A stretch of DNA of 18,956 bases from Ignisphaera sp. Lineage in GTDB: Archaea; Thermoproteota; Thermoprotei_A; Sulfolobales; Ignisphaeraceae. The notes beneath the pieces were generated by a model. It worked only from the letters and a program-made list of their open reading frames with translations, was not told the origin of the DNA and did not search any database. Where the stretch lies: the NCBI GenBank assembly GCA_038889075.1, contig JAWAHS010000004.1, forward strand, positions 78,833 through 97,788. The letters are read 5' to 3'. Each line of letters starts with the position of its first letter. Within the stretch, counting starts at the first letter, position 1. Shown piece after piece: positions 15,945-18,956 of this stretch. Made by a program: the position numbers and the translations under genes.

Positions 15945-16793
15945 TCACCCACCACCTCGATTCTTGTAGAGCTGCTCTATGTTTAGCGTACTTCTAAACC
16001 ATACGTCTATCTGTGTGAATGGAATCTCTATACCAGCCTCACCCAATGCCTTCCTCATTCTCCATAGCAAATCCTTTGTAGCTTCGTATGCTAGTGGTGG
16101 AGGTGTCCACACCCTTACTGTTACATCCATACTACTCTGACCAAGATTTGAAACAAAGATATCTGGAGGTGGGTTTACCAATACATACGGATGTTCATCT
16201 AGGATATTCTTCAGTATCCTATACACCTTTTCAGCATCCTCCCTATAGGCTATTCCAAGCTTAAACTCTATCCTTCTAGCTACTGCTTTACTAAAGTTCT
16301 TTGTAATACCGGTAATTATCTGGCTATTGGCTACACTAACAACAAAGCCATCAAATGTTCTTATACGTGTAAAGATGGGAGATACCTCTGTTACCTCACC
16401 AGCATTACCACCGATCTCCACAACCTCACCAACATTTATAGTCTTTTCAATCATTAGATAGAGCCCTGCAAAAAGATTTGAGAGAACCGGCTGAAGAGCA
16501 ACACCAACAACTATGCCGGCAAAACCTCCAGCTATTATGAATCCCGTTAGATCTATACCAATAGTTCCGAGAGCTACTACGACAACTATAAATAATAACG
16601 TGTAGTATAGAGCTCTACTCAAATTAGATGCGATCGCCTTGGATACTCTAGCTGATAGAAATTTTAGAAATGCTCTTCTAATCATAACACTAATTGCTAT
16701 TCCAACAGCCAGTATAGCTATAAATACAAAAATTTTATACAGCATTCCACTACCCTGTAGCAGTAGATTTCTAATAACATCTACCAGCTCCAT
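15945..16793 (-). CDS. mscS: Small-conductance mechanosensitive channel (MscS family)
   Basis: GGFAGIVVGVALQPVLSNLFAG, GEVVEIGG, TRIRTFDG, GIEIPFTQ; ATG 16793 overlaps the DUF432 stop (TAATG); ORF track start 16805. Confidence 0.93.
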   Translation of the reverse strand: MELVDVIRNLLLQGSGMLYKIFVFIAILAVGIAISVMIRRAFLKFLSARVSKAIASNLSRALYYTLLFIVVVVALGTIGIDLTGFIIAGGFAGIVVGVALQPVLSNLFAGLYLMIEKTINVGEVVEIGGNAGEVTEVSPIFTRIRTFDGFVVSVANSQIITGITKNFSKAVARRIEFKLGIAYREDAEKVYRILKNILDEHPYVLVNPPPDIFVSNLGQSSMDVTVRVWTPPPLAYEATKDLLWRMRKALGEAGIEIPFTQIDVWFRSTLNIEQLYKNRGGG

Positions 16794-17518
16794 TAGTACC
16801 CCCACACCATCTCATTTCTATAGCTAATTAGAGATGCCTTAGCCTCCTCCGGTTCGTCTACGGCTTTAAATCCAGGTTCTATGGGCTGTTTCTCATACTC
16901 TACAACAGCTGTCGATGGGCTGTTGATGATCACTCTAATATGCTGGGTACAGCACCTCCAGCTACCCAATCCATAGAATAGTGCTAGGGGTGATGTATCT
17001 AGGAGTAGCTTTGACATGGATGCAAATTTCTCTAGCTTATTTCTTATCTCTAGATGTGATATACAGAAGCCGAGCTCTAGATCTCTGGGCTCTTCTAGGG
17101 AGACTCTAGTTCTACAGTACCTAGCAATAACTCCACCTACATCTCCATATCTCGATGGTGGGCCATAGAGGGTGTATTTATACAGCTTATGTAGGGGGAC
17201 TATGTCTAGAATTGTAAAGGAGCTATTCTTATAGCCGTATACAGCTATATCGATTGGTAGATACATGTAGAGGGCTATGCTATCCATCGGTGGAATATAG
17301 ATTGGGATAGAAAATTCGCAGAGGATGTACCTTGTAACAAATCTTGGATAGAATATTGGATAGATGGGAAGTAGCTTTAATGTGACATCCTTTGTTAGGA
17401 TCTCCCTCTCAATCGTTTCACCTCTATACCTTCTATACAGTATATTCCCCTCCACTCTGGTAACATCAATCCTATACATATCTAGTACAATGGATGCCTC
17501 TATCTCATCTCCGAACAT
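16793..17518 (-). CDS. DUF432-family protein (typical archaeal mscS neighbour)
   Basis: YLPIDIAV, KYTLYGPP..G.IARY motif; translationally coupled to mscS. Confidence 0.78.
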   Translation of the reverse strand: MFGDEIEASIVLDMYRIDVTRVEGNILYRRYRGETIEREILTKDVTLKLLPIYPIFYPRFVTRYILCEFSIPIYIPPMDSIALYMYLPIDIAVYGYKNSSFTILDIVPLHKLYKYTLYGPPSRYGDVGGVIARYCRTRVSLEEPRDLELGFCISHLEIRNKLEKFASMSKLLLDTSPLALFYGLGSWRCCTQHIRVIINSPSTAVVEYEKQPIEPGFKAVDEPEEAKASLISYRNEMVWGY

Positions 17519-17591
17519 TTAGGATTCACTAAAAACAGTACTAGCATATGTAGTTAATAAAAATAGTTATAGTAGTATGACAGTGAAAAAT

Positions 17592-18956
17592 CTATTCTAT
17601 AGCTTTTACCTCAAAGCTATAGCTTCCCGAGCCTATCTCAATAACGACCCTATCACTCTCCTCTCTAACAGAGAGAATGCCATTCACCTTTGATAGCTCT
17701 CCAGCTTTCCACACCACCTTACCTCCCTCAAGTATCTCTACCTCCTTCCCTATTTTCGGCAGATAGACCTCCGCTACAGACCCTACAGGAACGGTAACAT
17801 CCACTTTGAATACCTTTTCATCCCGACTCCATGTAACTGCCACCAGCCCCCTTACCGTATATAGATATGCTGATGCATGGCTGAGTCCCTTAATTAGCGG
17901 TGGTCTTACAGCAAATCTCTTGAATCCTGGCTCAATTACCTCAAGCCCGGCTAGCTTTCTGTATAGCCATGCATCGATGCTACCGAACATGTGATGGTTG
18001 TGGGAATTCATACCTGAACCTGTCAACTTCTCCCATCTTTCCCATAGTGTTGTTGCACCTTCTCTAATCATGTATCCAAAGCTTGGATAGCTTTCCTGTA
18101 TCAATGCTTGGTAGGCAAGCTGTATATAGCCATATTTTGCTAAAACCTCTGGGACATACTTCATGCCGAGTATACCTACATTGAAGTGGCTATCCCAATC
18201 AACTTCAATACTGTGTACAAGTGCTCTAAGGATATCGGAGATCTTCTCTCTTGGTACGAGATCTTCTGCGAGCGGCAATGCTAGACATGTCTGGGAGCCA
18301 CCGAATTCTGGTGAGCCTAGGTATATTGTTGTGCCTCCAGATGAAGTGTATATGGAGTAGTAGCCCAAGACTTTGCGGCCAAGAACATCTCTCTCGTGAA
18401 GGAATGCCCTATTGAATGCCTCCCCTATTTCCCTAGCCTTGCCATCGAAGTAGAGAGCGTCGCTTTCCTTGTTGAGCACTTTGGCCATGTTTGTCAACAG
18501 CTTTGCATCCCTGTAGAGGATCCATGTCGAGATTATCTCTGTGGGGCAGTCCTGGGTATTTCTAACTCTTCCTGGTGGAACCCAGTCACCATATTTGCCA
18601 AAGTACAGAATGCCATCCTTTGTCCTGCTGTATAGATAGTTCCACCACCTCTTTGCATATTCAAATACCCTCTCTATAACCCTTCTATCTCCATAGTATA
18701 GATAGAGTATCCATGGAATGTATATGAATGCCGTCCCCCATGCTGGATCGGCTGGATAGAGCTCCCAGTAGGGTGGTACGACATCAGGTATGGAGCCATC
18801 CTCCCTCTGGGAGTCTATTATATCGTTGACTATCTTCTCATAGTATTTTACCATATTGAAGTTTAGTGCTGCTGCATCCGATGAGAGCCACGCATCTCCG
18901 AGCCACCCCATCCTCTCTGACCTCTGAGGACAGTCCGTTTGCACACCATTGGTTAA
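17592..18956 (-). CDS. Alpha-L-rhamnosidase (GH78), C-terminal part; 5' end outside the window
   Basis: TDCPQRSERMGWLGDA, YGDWVPP, GATTLWERW, MNSHNHHMFGS; the frame stays open to the edge (LTNGVQTDCP), so 18944 is not the start. Confidence 0.93.
   Translation of the reverse strand, partial: LTNGVQTDCPQRSERMGWLGDAWLSSDAAALNFNMVKYYEKIVNDIIDSQREDGSIPDVVPPYWELYPADPAWGTAFIYIPWILYLYYGDRRVIERVFEYAKRWWNYLYSRTKDGILYFGKYGDWVPPGRVRNTQDCPTEIISTWILYRDAKLLTNMAKVLNKESDALYFDGKAREIGEAFNRAFLHERDVLGRKVLGYYSIYTSSGGTTIYLGSPEFGGSQTCLALPLAEDLVPREKISDILRALVHSIEVDWDSHFNVGILGMKYVPEVLAKYGYIQLAYQALIQESYPSFGYMIREGATTLWERWEKLTGSGMNSHNHHMFGSIDAWLYRKLAGLEVIEPGFKRFAVRPPLIKGLSHASAYLYTVRGLVAVTWSRDEKVFKVDVTVPVGSVAEVYLPKIGKEVEILEGGKVVWKAGELSKVNGILSVREESDRVVIEIGSGSYSFEVKAIE

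Noticed and set aside
1-18956. CRISPR array, tRNA or rRNA genes; Cas3 identity for the helicase
   Set aside because: No regularly spaced repeats or cloverleafs seen; the helicase has no N-terminal HD domain and no cas neighbours in the window.

Overview
Chromosomal window from an AT-rich hyperthermophilic crenarchaeon (Desulfurococcales/Ignisphaera-like, inferred from gene content, TATA/BRE promoters and C/D sRNAs). Left to right: a large SF2 helicase running off the left edge (missed by the ORF track); an MNT nucleotidyltransferase whose HEPN partner is broken by a ~140 bp GC-rich, highly structured tnpB/IS607-like right-end remnant (candidate orphan omega-RNA with a HEPN-derived guide and a K-turn); a QueT S component divergent from ECF A and T genes; an archaeal type IV pilus locus (three class III signal peptide pilins in divergent arrangement, ATPase, two TadC-like proteins); HAD hydrolase; small membrane protein; short alpha-glucan phosphorylase; alpha/beta hydrolase; kinase-like protein; DUF432-MscS pair; and a GH78 alpha-L-rhamnosidase running off the right edge. 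Four intergenic box C/D sRNAs are visible, two of them back-to-back around a single TATA element. All family calls come from motif recognition by eye; no database searches were run.
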